From positions 31,126,001-31,190,000 of the forward strand of contig NC_086108.1 in NCBI RefSeq assembly GCF_963921235.1: a stretch of DNA of 64,000 nt, written 5' to 3'. This stretch comes from Mobula hypostoma (lineage: Eukaryota). The notes below the pieces were generated by a model that did not search any database, was not told the origin of the DNA, and was given only the letters and a program-made list of their open reading frames with translations. Of this stretch, positions 50,073-64,000 are shown piece by piece; within the stretch, counting starts at the first letter, position 1, and every line of letters begins with the position of its first letter. The position numbers were made by a program, and so were the translations under genes.

Positions 50073-53000
50073 CACCTGGTCTGATATATCACCTCCCAGT
50101 TTCTCACCTTATCCCCCATCCCCCTCACCTCAACTCATATATCACTTCACAGTTTCTCACCTTATCCCGCATCCCCCTCACCCGGTCTCATATATCACCT
50201 CCCAGTTTCTCACCTTATCCCCCATCCCCCTCACCTCGTCTCATATATCACTTAGCAGTTGCTCACGTTATCCCCCATCCCCGTCACCTGGTCTTATATA
50301 TCACCTCCCCATTTCTCATGTTATCCCCCATCGCCCTGACCTGGTATCATATATCACCTCCCAGTTGCTCAAGTTATCCCCTATCCCCCTCACCCCGTCT
50401 CATATATCACCTCCCAGTTTCTCACCTTATCCCCATCCCCTTCACCTCGTCTCATATATCACTTCCCAGTTTCTCACGTTATCCACCATCCCCCTCACCT
50501 GGTCTCATATATCACCTCCCAGTTTATCACGTTATCCCCCATCGCCCTCACCTCATCTCATATATCACCTCCCAGTTTCTCACGTTATCCCCCATCCCCC
50601 TCACCTGGTCTCATATATTACCTCCCAGTTTCTCATTTTATCCCCCATCCCCCTCACCTCATCTCATATATCACCTCCCGGTTTCTCACGTTATCCCCCA
50701 TCCCCCTCACCTGGTCTCATATATCACCTCCCAGTTTCTCAACTTATCCCCCATCCCCCTCACCTGGTCTCATATATCACCTCCCGGATTCTCACCTTAT
50801 CCCCCATTCCCCTCACCCGGTCTCATAAATCACCTCCCAGTTTCTCACCTTATCCCCCATCCCCCTCACCTCGTCTCATATATCACTTCCCAGTTTCTCA
50901 CGTTATCCCCCATCCCCCTCACCTGGTCTCATAGATCATCTCCCAGTTTCTCACGTTATCCCCCATCCCCCTCACCTGGTCTCATATATCACCTCCCAGT
51001 TTCTCACGTTATCCCCCATCCCCCTCAGCTCGTCTCATACATCACCTCCCAGTTTCTCACGTTATCCCCCGTCCCGCTCACCTGGTCTCATTTATCACCT
51101 CCCAGTTCCTCACGTTATCCCCCATCCCCCTCACCTGGTCTCATATATCACCTCCCGGTTTCTCACCTTATCCCCCATCCCCCTCACCTCATCTCATATA
51201 GCACTTCACAATTTCTCACCTTATTCCACATCCCCCTCACCCGGTCTCATATATCACCTCCCAGTTTCGCACCTTATCCCGCATCCCCCTCACCTCGACT
51301 CATATATCACTTACCAGTTGCTCACGTTATCCCCCATCCCACTCACCTGGTCTCATATATCACCTCCCCTTTTCTCACGTTATCCCCCATCCCCCTCACC
51401 TCGTCTCATACATCACGTCCCAGTTTCTCACGTTATCCACCCTCCCCCTCACGTGGTCTCATATATCACCTCCGAGTTTCTCACGTTATCCCCCATCCAC
51501 CTCACCTCGTCTCATACATCACGTCCCAGTTTCTCACATTATCCACCCTCCCCCTCACGTGGTCTCATATATCACCTCCGAGTTTCTCACGTTATCCCCC
51601 ATCTCCCTCACCTCATCTCATATATCACCTCCCAGTTTATCACGTTATCCCCCATCCCACTCTCCTGGTCTCATAGATCACCTCCCAGTTTCTCACGTTA
51701 TCCCCCATCCCCCTCACCTGGTCTCATATATCACTTCCTAGTTTCTCACGTTATCCCACATACACCTCACCTCATCTCATATATCACCTCCCAGTTTCTC
51801 ACATTATCCCCCATCGCCCTCACTTCATCTCATATATCACCTCCCAGTTTCTCACGTTATCCCCCATCCCCCTCACCTGGTCTCATTTATCACCTCCCAG
51901 TTTCTCACGTTACCCCCATCCCCCTCACCTCGTCGCATATATCACGTCCCAGTTTCTCACGTTATCCCCCATCCCCCTCACCTGGTCTCATTTATCATCT
52001 CCCCGTTTCTGATTTTATCCCCCATCCCCCTCACCTCATCTCATATATCACCTCCCAGTTTCTCCCGTTATCCCCCATCCCCTTCACCTGGTCTCATATA
52101 TCACTTCCCGGTTTCTCACCTTATCCCCCATCCCCCTCACCCGGTCTCATAAATCACCTCCAAGTTTCTAACATTATCCCCCATCGCCCTCACCTGGTCT
52201 CTTGTATCACCTCCCACATTCTCACCTTATCCCCCATCCCCCTCACCTCGTCTCATATATCACCACCCAGTTTCTCACGTTATCCCCCGTCCCGCTCACC
52301 TGGTCTCATATATCACCTCCCAGTTCCTCACGTTATCCCCCACCCCCTCACCTGGTCTCATATATCACCTCCCAGTTTCTCACCTTATCCCCCATCCCCC
52401 TCTCCTGTTCTCATATATCACCTCCCAGTTTCAAACGTTATCCCCCGTCCCCCTCACATGGTCTCATATATCACCTCTCACTTTCTCACGTTATCTCCCG
52501 TCCCCCTCCCCTGGTCTCATATATTAACGCCCGGTTTCTCACCTTATCCCCCATCCCCATCACCCCGTCTCATATATCACTTCACAGTTTCTCACCTTAT
52601 CCCCCATCCCCCTCACCCGGTCTCTAATATCACCTCCCAGTTTGTCACCTTATCCTTCATCCCCCTCACCTCGTCTCATAAAACACTTCCAAGTTTCTCA
52701 AGTTATCCCCCATCCCCGTCACCCGGTCTCATATATCACATCCAAGTTTCTCACCTTATCCCCCATCGCCCTCACCTGGTCTCATGTATCACCTCCCAGT
52801 TTCTCACCTTATCCCCTATCCCCCTCACCTGGTCTCATATATCACCTCCCAGTTTCTCACGTTATCCCCCATCCACTTCACCTCGTCTCATATATCACCA
52901 CCTAGCTTCTTACGTAATCCCCCGTCCCGCTCACCTGGTCTCATTTATCACCTCCCAGTTCCTCACGTTATCCCCCATCCCCCTCACCTGGTCTCATATA

Positions 53001-56000
53001 TCACCTCCCTGTTTCTCACCTTATCCCCCATCCCCCTCACCTGGTCTCATATATCACCTCCCAGTTTCTCACGTTATCCCCCATCCCCCTCGGTCTCATA
53101 TATCACCAACCAGTTTCTCACCTTATCCCCCATCCCCCTCACCTCATCTCATATATCACTTCACAGTTTCTCATCTTATCCCGCATACCCCTCACCCGGT
53201 CTCATTTATCACCTCCCAGTTTCTCACCTTATCCCCCATCCCCCTCACCCGGTCTCATATATCACCGCCCTGTTTCTCACCTTATCCCCCATCCCACTGA
53301 CCTCGTTTCATATATCACTTCACAGTTTCTCACCTTATCCCTCATCCCCCTAACCCGGTCTCATACATCACCTCCCAGTTTCTCACGTTATCCCCCGTCC
53401 CCCTCACCTGGTCTCATATATCACCTCCCAGTTTCTCACGTTATCCCCCATCCCCCTCACTCGGTCTCATATATCACCTACCAGTTTCTCACCTTATCCC
53501 CCATCCCCCTCACCTCATCTCATATATCACTTCACAGTTTCTCATCTTATCCCCCATACCCCTCACCCGGTCTCATATATCACCTCCCAGTTTCTCACGT
53601 TATCCCCCATCCCCATCACCCCGTCTCATATATCACTTCACAGTTTCTCAACTTATCCCCCATCCCCCTCACCCGGTCTCTAATATCACCTCCCAGTTTC
53701 TCAACTCATCCTCCATCACCCTCACCTCGTCTCATAAAAGACTTCCCAGTTTCTCACGTTATCCCCCATCCCCGTCACCCGGTCACATATATCACCTCCA
53801 AGTTTCTCACCTTATCACCCATCGCCCTCACCTGGTCTCATGTATCACCTCCCAGTTTCTCACCTTATCCCCCATCATCCTCACATCGTCTCATATATCA
53901 CCACCCAGTTTCTCACGTTATCCCCCGTCCCGCTCACCTGGTCTCATTCATCACCTCCCAGTTCCTCACGTTATCCCCCATCCCCCTCACCTGGTCTCAT
54001 ATATCACCTCCCGGTTTCTCACCTTATCCCCCATCCCCCTCACCTCATCTCATATAGCACTTCACAGTTTCTCACCTTATCCCACATCCCACTCACCCGG
54101 TCTCATATATCACCTCCCAGTTTCGCACCTTATCCCGCATCCCCCTCACCTCGTCTCATCTATCACTTACCAGTTGCTCACGTTATCCCCCATCCCACTC
54201 ACCTGGTCTCATATATCACCTCCCCTTTACTCACGTTATCCCCCATCCCCCTCACCTGGTCTCATAGATCACCTCCCAGTTTCTCACGTTATCCCCTATC
54301 CCCCTCACCCGGTCTCATATATCACCTCCCAGTTTCTCACCTTATCCCCATCCCCTTCACCTCGTCTCATATATCACTTCCCAGTTTCTCACGTTATCCA
54401 CCATCCCCCTCACCTGGTCTCATATATCACCTCCCAGTTTATCACGTTATCCCCCATCGCCCTCACCTCATCTCATATATCACCTCCCAGTTTCTCACGT
54501 TATCCCCCATCCCCCTCACCTGGTCTCATATATTACCTCCCAGTTTCTCATTTTATCCCCCATCCCCCTCACCTCATCTCATATATCACCTCCCGGTTTC
54601 TCACGTTATCCCCCATCCCCCTCACCTGGTCTCATATATCACCTCCCAGTTTCTCAACTTATCCCCCATCCCCCTCACCTGGTCTCATATATCACCTCCC
54701 GGATTCTCACCTTATCCCCCATTCCCCTCACCCGGTCTCATAAATCACCTCCCAGTTTCTCACATTATCCCCCATCCCCCTCACCTCGTCTCATATATCA
54801 CTTCCCAGTTTCTCACGTTATCCCCCATCCCCCTCACCTGGTCTCATAGATCACCTCCCAGTTTCTCACGTTATCCCCCATCCCCCTCACCTGGTCTCAT
54901 ATATCACCTCCCAGTTTCTCACGTTATCCCCCATCCCCCTCAGCTCGTCTCATACATCACCTCCCAGTTTCTCACGTTATCCCCCGTCCCGCTCACCTGG
55001 TCTCATTTATCACCTCCCAGTTCCTCACGTTATCCCCCATCCCCCTCACCTGGTCTCATATATCACCTCCCGGTTTCTCACCTTATCCCCCATCCCCCTC
55101 ACCTCATCTCATATAGCACTTCACAATTTCTCACCTTATTCCACATCCCCCTCACCCGGTCTCATATATCACCTCCCAGTTTCGCACCTTATCCCGCATC
55201 CCCCTCACCTCGACTCATATATCACTTACCAGTTGCTCACGTTATCCCCCATCCCACTCACCTGGTCTCATATATCACCTCCCCTTTTCTCACGTTATCC
55301 CCCATCCCCCTCACCTCGTCTCATACATCACGTCCCAGTTTCTCACGTTATCCACCCTCCCCCTCACGTGGTCTCATATATCACCTCCGAGTTTCTCACG
55401 TTATCCCCCATCCACCTCACCTCGTCTCATACATCACGTCCCAGTTTCTCACATTATCCACCCTCCCCCTCACGTGGTCTCATATATCACCTCCGAGTTT
55501 CTCACGTTATCCCCCATCTCCCTCACCTCATCTCATATATCACCTCCCAGTTTATCACGTTATCCCCCATCCCACTCTCCTGGTCTCATAGATCACCTCC
55601 CAGTTTCTCACGTTATCCCCCATCCCCCTCACCTGGTCTCATATATCACTTCCTAGTTTCTCACGTTATCCCACATACACCTCACCTCATCTCATATATC
55701 ACCTCCCAGTTTCTCACATTATCCCCCATCGCCCTCACTTCATCTCATATATCACCTCCCAGTTTCTCACGTTATCCCCCATCCCCCTCACCTGGTCTCA
55801 TTTATCACCTCCCAGTTTCTCACGTTACCCCCATCCCCCTCACCTCGTCGCATATATCACGTCCCAGTTTCTCACGTTATCCCCCATCCCCCTCACCTGG
55901 TCTCATTTATCATCTCCCCGTTTCTGATTTTATCCCCCATCCCCCTCACCTCATCTCATATATCACCTCCCAGTTTCTCCCGTTATCCCCCATCCCCTTC

Positions 56001-56670
56001 ACCTGGTCTCATATATCACTTCCCGGTTTCTCACCTTATCCCCCATCCCCCTCACCCGGTCTCATAAATCACCTCCAAGTTTCTAACCTTATCCCCCATC
56101 GCCCTCACCTGGTCTCTTGTATCACCTCCCACATTCTCACCTTATCCCCCATCCCCCTCACCTCGTCTCATATATCACCACCCAGTTTCTCACGTTATCC
56201 CCCGTCCCGCTCACCTGGTCTCATATATCACCTCCCAGTTCCTCACGTTATCCCCCACCCCCTCACCTGGTCTCATATATCACCTCCCAGTTTCTCACCT
56301 TATCCCCCATCCCCCTCACCTGGTCTGATATATCACCTCCCAGTTTCTCACCTTATCCCCCATCCCCCTCACCTCAACTCATATATCACTTCACAGTTTC
56401 TCACCTTATCCCGCATCCCCCTCACCCGATCTCATATATCACCTCCCAGTTTCTCACCTTATCCCCCATCCCCCTCACCTCGTCTCATATATCACTTAGC
56501 AGTTGCTCACGTTATCCCCCATCCCCGTCACCTGGTCTTATATATCACCTCCCCATTTCTCATGTTATCCCCCATCGCCCTGACCTGGTATCATATATCA
56601 CCTCCCAGTTGCTCAAGTTATCCCCTATCCCCCTCACCCCGTCTCATATATCACCTCCCAGTTTCTCACC
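44160..56670 (+). repeat. Near-identical 6244-bp tandem duplication (~118 monomers)
   Basis: Matching spurious ORFs at 45074/51318, 45958/52202, 46540/52784, 47596/53840, 48989/55233 and 49873/56117 (offset 6244). Boundaries are approximate. Confidence 0.88.
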
Positions 56671-59600
56671 TTATCACCATCCCCTTCACCTCATCTCATG
56701 TATCACCTCCCAGTTTCTCACGTTATCCACAATCCCCTTCACCTGGTCTCATATATCACCTCCCCGTTTCTCTCGTTATCCCCCATCCCCCTCACCTGGT
56801 CTCATACATCACCTTCCAGTTTCTCACGTTATCCCCCATCCCCCTCACATGTTCTCATATATCACCTCCCAGTTTCTCACGTTATCCCCCATCACCCTCA
56901 CCTCATCTCATATATCACCTCCCAGTTTCTCACGTTATCCCCCATCCCCCTCACCTGGTCTCATATATCACCTCCCAGTTTCTCATTTTATCCCCCATCC
57001 CCCTCACCTCATCTCATATATCACCTCCCGGTTTCTCACGTTATCCCCCATCCCCCTCACCTGGTCTCATATATCACCTCCCAGTTTCTCAACTTATTGC
57101 CCATCCCCCTCACATGGTCTCATATATCACCTCCCGGATTCTAACCTTATCCCCCATTCCCCTCACCCGGTCTCATAAATCACCTCCCAGTTTCTCACAT
57201 TATCCCCCATCCCCCTCACCTCGTCTCATATATCACTTCCCAGTTTCTCACGTTATCCCCCATCCCCCTCACCTGGTCTCATAGATCATCTCCCAGTTTC
57301 TCACCTTATCCCCCATCCCCCTCACCTGGTCTCATATATCACCTCCCAGTTTCTCACGTTATCCCCCATCCCCCTCAGCTCGTCTCATACATCACCTCCC
57401 AGTTTCTCACGTTATCCCCCGTCCCGCTCACCTGGTCTCATTTATCACCTCCCAGTTCCTCACGTTATCCCCCATCCCCCTCACCTGGTCTCATATATCA
57501 CCTCCCGGTTTCTCACCTTATCCCCCATCCCCCTCACCTCATCTCATATAGCACTTCACAATTTCTCACCTTATTCCACATCCCCCTCACCCGGTCTCAT
57601 ATATCACCTCCCAGTTTCGCACCTTATCCCGCATCCCCCTCACCTCGACTCATATATCACTTACCAGTTGCTCACGTTATCCCCCATCCCACTCACCTGG
57701 TCTCATATATCACCTCCCCTTTTCTCACGTTATCCCCCATCCCCCTCACCTCGTCTCATACATCACGTCCCAGATTCTCACGTTATCCACCCTCCCCCTC
57801 ACGTGGTCTCATATATCACCTCCGAGTTTCTCACGTTATCCCCCATCCACCTCACCTCGTCTCATACATCACGTCCCAGTTTCTCACGTTATCCACCCTC
57901 CCCCTCACGTGGTCTCATATATCACCTCCGAGTTTCTCACGTTATCCCCCATCTCCCTCACCTCATCTCATATATCACCTCCCAGTTTATCACGTTATTC
58001 CCCATCCCTCTCTCCTGGTCTCATAGATCACCTCCCAGTTTCTCACGTTATCCTCCATCCCCCTCACCTGGTCTCATATATCACTTCCCAGTTTCTCACG
58101 TTATCCCACATACACCTCACCTCATCGCATATATCACCTCCCAGTTTCTCACATTATCCCCCATCGCCCTCACCTCATCTCATATATCACCTCCCAGTTT
58201 CTCACGTTATCCCCCATCCCCCTCACCTGGTCTCATTTATCACCTCCCAGTTTCTCACGTTACCCCCGTCCCCCTCACCTCGTCGCATATATCACGTCCC
58301 AGTTTCTCACGTTATCCCCCATCCCCCTCACCTGGTCTCATTTATCATCTCCCCGTTTCTGATTTTATCCCCCATCCCCCTCACCTCATCTCATATATCA
58401 CCTCCCAGTTTCTCCCGTTATCCCCCATCCCCTTCACCTGGTCTCATATATCACTTCCCGGTTTCTCACCTTATCCCCCATCCCCCTCACCCGGTCTCAT
58501 AAATCACCTCCAAGTTTCTAACCTTATCCCCCATCGCCCTCACCTGGTCTCTTGTATCACCTCCCACACTCTCACCTTATCCCCCATCCCCCTCACCTCG
58601 TCTCATATATCACCACCCAGTTTCTCACGTTATCCCCCGTCCCGCTCACCTGGTCTCATATATCACCTCCCAGTTCCTCACGTTATCCCCCATCCCCCTC
58701 ACCTGGTCTCATATATCACCTCCCAGTTTCTCACCTTATCCCCCATCCCCCGCACCTGGTCTGATATATCACCTCCCGGTTTCTCACCTTATCCCCCATC
58801 CCCCTCACCTCAACTCATATATCACTTCACAGTTTCTCACCTTATCCCGCATCCCCCTCACCCGATCTCATATATCACCTCCCAGTTTCTCACCTTATCC
58901 CCCATCCCCCTCACCTCGTCTCATATATCACTTAGCAGTTGCTCACGTTATCCCCCATCCCCGTCACCTGGTCTTATATATCACCTCCCCGTTTCTCATG
59001 TTATCCCCCATCGCCCTGACCTGGTATCATATATCACCTCCCAGTTGCTCAAGTTATCCCCTATCCCCCTCACCCCGTCTCATATATCACCTCCCAGTTT
59101 CTCACCTTATCACCATCCCCTTCACCTCATCTCATGTATCACCTCCCAGTTTCTCACGTTATCCCCCGTCCCCCTCACCTGGTCTCAAAGATCACCTCCC
59201 AGTTTCTCACCTTATCCCCCATCCCCCTCGCCCGGTCTCATACATCACCTCCCAGTTTCTCACCTTTCCCCCATCCCCTTCACCTGGTCTCATATATCAC
59301 CTCCCAGTTTCTCACGTTATCCCTTAACCCCCTCACCTGGTCTCATATATCACCTCCAAATTTCCCTCCTTATTCCCCCATTCCCCTCACCTGGTCTCAT
59401 ATATCACCTCCCAGTTGCTCACGTTATCCCCCATTCCCCTCACCTGGTATCATATATCACCTCCCAGTTTCTCACCTTATGCCCCATCCCACTCTCCTGG
59501 TCTCATAGATCACCTCCCAGTTTCTGACCTTATCCCCCATCCCCCTCACCTGTTCTCATATATTACCTCCTAGTTTCTCAGGTTATCCCCGGTCCCCCTC

Positions 59601-62600
59601 ACATTGTCTCATATATCACCTCCAAGTTTCTCACGTTATCCCCTGTCCCCCTCACCTGGTCTCATATATAACCTCCCAGTTTCTCACCTTATTCCCGCAT
59701 CCCCCTCGCCTCGTCTCATATATCACCTCCCAGTTTCTCACGTTATCCCCCGTTCCCCACACCTGGTCTCATACATCACCTCCCAGTTTCTCACGTTATC
59801 TCCCATGCCCCTCGCCTGCACTCATATATCACCTCCCCGTTTCTCACGTTATCCCCCATACCCCTCACCTGGTCTCACAGAGCACCTCCCAGTTTCTCAC
59901 CTTATCCCCCATCCCCCTCGCCCGGTCTCATATATCACATCCCAGTTTCTCACCTTTCCCCCATCCCCTTCACCTCGTCTCATATATCACTTCCCAGTTT
60001 CTCACGTTATTTCCCAACCCCCTCACCTTGTCTCATATATCACCTCCCAGTTTCTCACCTTATTCCCCCATCCCCCTCACCTGGTCTCATACATCACGTC
60101 CCAGTTTCTCACGTTATCCCCCATCCCCGTCACCCGGTGTCATATATCACCTCCAAGTTTCTCACCTGATCCCCCATCCCCCTCACCTGGTCTCATATAT
60201 ATCCTCCCAGTTTCTCACCTTATCCCCCATCCCCCTCACCTCATTTCATATATCACCTCCCTGTTTCTCACGTTATCTCCCGTCCCCCTCACCTGGTCTC
60301 ATATGTCACCTCCCAGTTTCTCACCTTATCCCCCATTCCACTCACCTCGTCTCATATATCACCTCCCAGTTTCTCACGTTATCCCCCATCCCCCTCAACT
60401 GGTCTCATATATCACTTCACAGTTTCTCACCCTATCTCCCATCCTTCTCACCCGGTCTCATATATCACCTCCCAGTTTCTCATCTTATCCTCCATCCCCC
60501 TCACCTGGTCTCATATATCGCCTCCCAGTTTCTCACCTTATACCCCATCCCCCTCACCTCGTCTCATATATCACCTCCCAGTTTCTCACGTTATCTCCCA
60601 TCCCACTCACCTAGTCTCATATATCACCTCCCAGTTTGTCACGTTATCCTCCATCCCAGTCACAGGGTCTCAAATATCACCTCCCAATTTCTCACCTTAT
60701 CCCCCATCCCCCTCACATGGTCTCATATATCACCTCCCAGATCCTCATGTTATCTCCCATCCCCCTCACCTGGTCTCATATATCAGCTCCCAGTTTCTCA
60801 CCTTATCCCCCATCCACCTCACCTGGTCTCATATATCACCTCCCGGTATCACACCTTATCCCCCATCCCCCTCACCTGCTCTCATATATCACCTCCCAGT
60901 TTCTCACGTTATCCCCCATCCCCCTCACTCGGTCTCATATATCACCTACCAGTTTCTCACCTTATCCCCCATCCCCCTCACCTCATCTCATATATCACTT
61001 CACAGTTTCTCATCTTATCCCCCATACCCCTCACCCGGTCGCATATATCACCTCCCAGTTTCTCACGTTATCCCCCATCCCCATCACCTGGTCTCAATTA
61101 TCACTTCGCAGTTTCTCACCTTATCCCCCATCCCCCTCACCCGGTCTCATATATCACAGCCCTGTTTCTCACCTTATCCCCCATCCCACTGACCTCGTTT
61201 CATATATCAATTCACAGTTTCTCACCTTATCCCTCATCCCCCTAACCCGGTCTCATACATCACCTCCCAGTTTCTCAGGTTATCCCCCATCCCCCTCACC
61301 TGGTCTCATATATCACCTCCCAGTTTCTAACATTATCCCCCATCCCCCTCACCTGTTCTCATATATCACCTCCCAGTTTCTCACGTTATCCCCCGTCCCC
61401 CTCACCTGGTCTCATATATCACCTCTCGCTTTCTCATGTTATCTCCCGTCCCCCTCACCTGGTCTCATATATCACCTCCCGGTTTCTCACCTTATCCCCT
61501 ATCCCCATCACCCCGTCTCATATATCACTTCACAGTTTCTCACCTTATCCCCCATCCCCCTCACCCGGTCTCTAATATCACCTCCCAGTTTCTCACCTTA
61601 TCCTCCATCCCCCTCACCTCGTCTCATAAAACACTTCCCAGTTTCTCACGTTATCCCCAATCCCCGTCACCCGGTCTCATATATCACCTCCCAGTTTCTC
61701 ACCTTATCCCCCATCCCCCTCACCTCGTCTCATATATCACCTCCCAGTTTCTCACCTTACCCCCATCCCCTTCACCTGGTCGTATATATCACTTCACAGT
61801 TTCTCACCTTATCCCCCATCTCCCTCACCCGGATTCATATGTCACATCCCAGTTTCTCAACTTATCCCCCATCCCCCTAACCCAGTCTCATATATCACCT
61901 ACCAGTTTCTCACGTTTTCCCCCGTCCCCCTCACCTGGTCACATATATCACCTCCCAGTTTCTCACCTTATCACCCGTCCCCCTCACCTGTTCTCATATA
62001 TCACCTCCCAGTTTCTCACGTTATCCCCCGTCCCTCTCACCTTGTCTCATATATCACCTCCAAGTTTCTCACGTTATCCCCGGTCCCCCTCACCTGCTCT
62101 CATATATCACCTCCCAGTTTCTCACCTTATTCCCGCATCCCCCTCACCTCGTCTCATATATCACCTCCCAGTGTCTCACGTTATCCCCCGTCCCCCTCAC
62201 CTGGTCTCATATATCACCTCCCATTTTCTCACGTTATCTCCCATCCCCCTCACCTGATCTCATATATCACCTCCCAGTTTCTCACCTTATCCCCCGTCCC
62301 CCTCACCTGTTCTCATATATCACCTCCCAGTTTCTCACGTTATCCCCCGTCCCTCTCACCTTGTCTCATATATCACCTCCAAGTTTCTCACGTTATCCCC
62401 GGTCCCCCTCACCTGCTCTCATATATCACCTCCCAGTTTCTCACCTTATTCCCCGTCCCCCTCACCTGGTCTCATATATCACCTCCCATTTTCTCACGTT
62501 ATCTCCCATCCCCCTCACCTGGTCTCATATATCACCTCCCCGTTTCTCAAGTTATCCCCCATTCCCCTCGCCCGGTCTCATATATCACCTCCCAGTTTCT

Positions 62601-64000
62601 CACATTTCCCCCATCCCCTTCACCTCGTCTCATATATCACTTCCCAGTTTCTCACGTTATCCCCCAACCCCCTCACCTGGTCAAATATATCACCTCCCAA
62701 TTTCTCACCTTATTCCCCCATCCCCCTCTCCTGGTCTCATATATCACCTCCCAGTTTCTCACGTTATCCACCATCCCCCTCACCTGGTCTCATATATCAC
62801 CTCCCAGTTTCTCACCTTATCCCCCATCCCCCTCACCTGGTCTCATATATCACTTCCGGTTTCTCACCTTATCCCCCATCTCCGTCACGTGGTCTCATAT
62901 ATAACCTCCCAGTTTCTCACGTTATCCCCCATCCCCCTCACCCGGTCTCATAAATCACCTCCCGGTTTCTCACCTTATCCCCCATCCCCGTCACGTGGTC
63001 TCATATATCACCTCCCAGTTTCTCACGTTATCCCCCATCCCCCTCACCTGGTCTCATATATCACCTCCCAGTTTCTCAGGTTATCCCGCATCTCCCTCAC
63101 CTGGTCTCATATATCACTTCCTAGTTTCTCACGTTATCCACCAACCCCCTCACCTCATCTCATATATCACCTCCCAGTTTCTCACTTTATCCCCCATCCC
63201 CCTCACCTGTTCTCATATATCACCACCCAGTTTCTCACGTTATCCCGCATCCCCCTCACCTGGTCTTATATATCACATCCCAGTTTCTCACCTTATCCCC
63301 CATCCCCCTCACCTCGTCTCATATATCACTTCCCAGTTTCTCACGTTATCCCCCATCCCCCTCACCTGGTCTCATATATCACCTCCCAGTTTCTCATGTT
63401 ATCGCCCATCCCCATCACCTCATCTCATATATCACCTCCCCGTTTCTCACGTTATCCCCCATCCACCTCACCTGGTCTCATATATCACCTCCCGGTTTCT
63501 CACCTTATCCCCCATCCCCCTCACCTGCTCTCATACATCACCTCCCAGTTTCTCACGTTATACCCCATCCCCCTCACCTGGTCTCATATATCACCTCCCA
63601 GTTTCTCACGTTATCCCCCATCCCCCTCACTCGGTCTCATGTATCACCTCCCAGTTTCTCACGTTATCCCCCATCCCCCTCACTCGGTCTCATATATCAC
63701 CTACCAGTTTCTCACCTTATCCCCCAACCCCCTCACCTCATCTCATATATCACTTCACAGTTTCTCATCTTATCCCCCATACCCCTCACGCGGTCTCATA
63801 TATCACCTCCCAGTTTCTCACGTAATCCCCCATCCCCATCACCTGGTCTCATATATCACCTACCAGTTTCTCACCTTATCCCCCATCCCCCTCACCTCAT
63901 CTCATATATCACTTCACAGTTTCTCATCTTATCCCCCATCCCCCTCACCCGGTCTCATATATCACCTCCCAGTTTCTCACCTTATCCCCCATCCCCCTCA

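Larger units (their letters stand above)
33404..64000 (+). repeat. 53-bp tandem satellite array, segment 3 (runs off the window end)
   Basis: Same monomer and orientation, uninterrupted to the end of the window as far as I can read. Confidence 0.98.

Noticed and set aside
469..63825. Dozens of long Pro/Ser/His/Leu-rich + strand ORFs (up to 1151 aa) resembling extensin- or mucin-like proteins
   Set aside because: The consensus monomer has no TAA, TAG or TGA on the + strand and 53 is not divisible by 3, so all three frames give the same 53-aa cyclic peptide. ORFs overlap in every frame and end at random point variants, which indicates non-coding satellite.
1..64000. Possible CRISPR array or repeat-plus-RT system (retron or DGR-like)
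   Set aside because: Repeats are contiguous with no unique spacers, there are no cas genes, and the RT is a typical eukaryotic CR1 APE-RT.

Overview
About 91% of this window is one C-rich tandem satellite with a 53-bp monomer (consensus TTATCCCCCATCCCCCTCACCTGGTCTCATATATCACCTCCCAGTTTCTCAC[C/G]), organised into nested higher-order duplications. Two + strand CR1-clade LINE insertions interrupt it: a 748-bp 5'-truncated copy (23040-23787) and a ~4.74-kb apparently full-length copy (28664-33403). The full-length copy has three ~170-bp promoter-like 5' monomers, an intact zinc-finger/leucine-zipper/SGNH-esterase ORF1, an APE-endonuclease/RT ORF2 with two in-frame stops, a 3' stem-loop and a (TTTCTATG)n tail. 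The element style suggests a vertebrate, probably a cartilaginous fish (inference). Highlights: (1) ORF1 ends on a correctly phased T_TTA_AAC -1 frameshift heptamer leading into an ORF2 frame that has no ATG before its catalytic core. (2) Both independent LINE insertions have their 3' junction at the same nucleotide of the monomer, in the same orientation. (3) The array records ordered 3915-bp and 6244-bp duplications. The many Pro/Ser/His-rich + strand ORFs are artefacts of a stop-free monomer.
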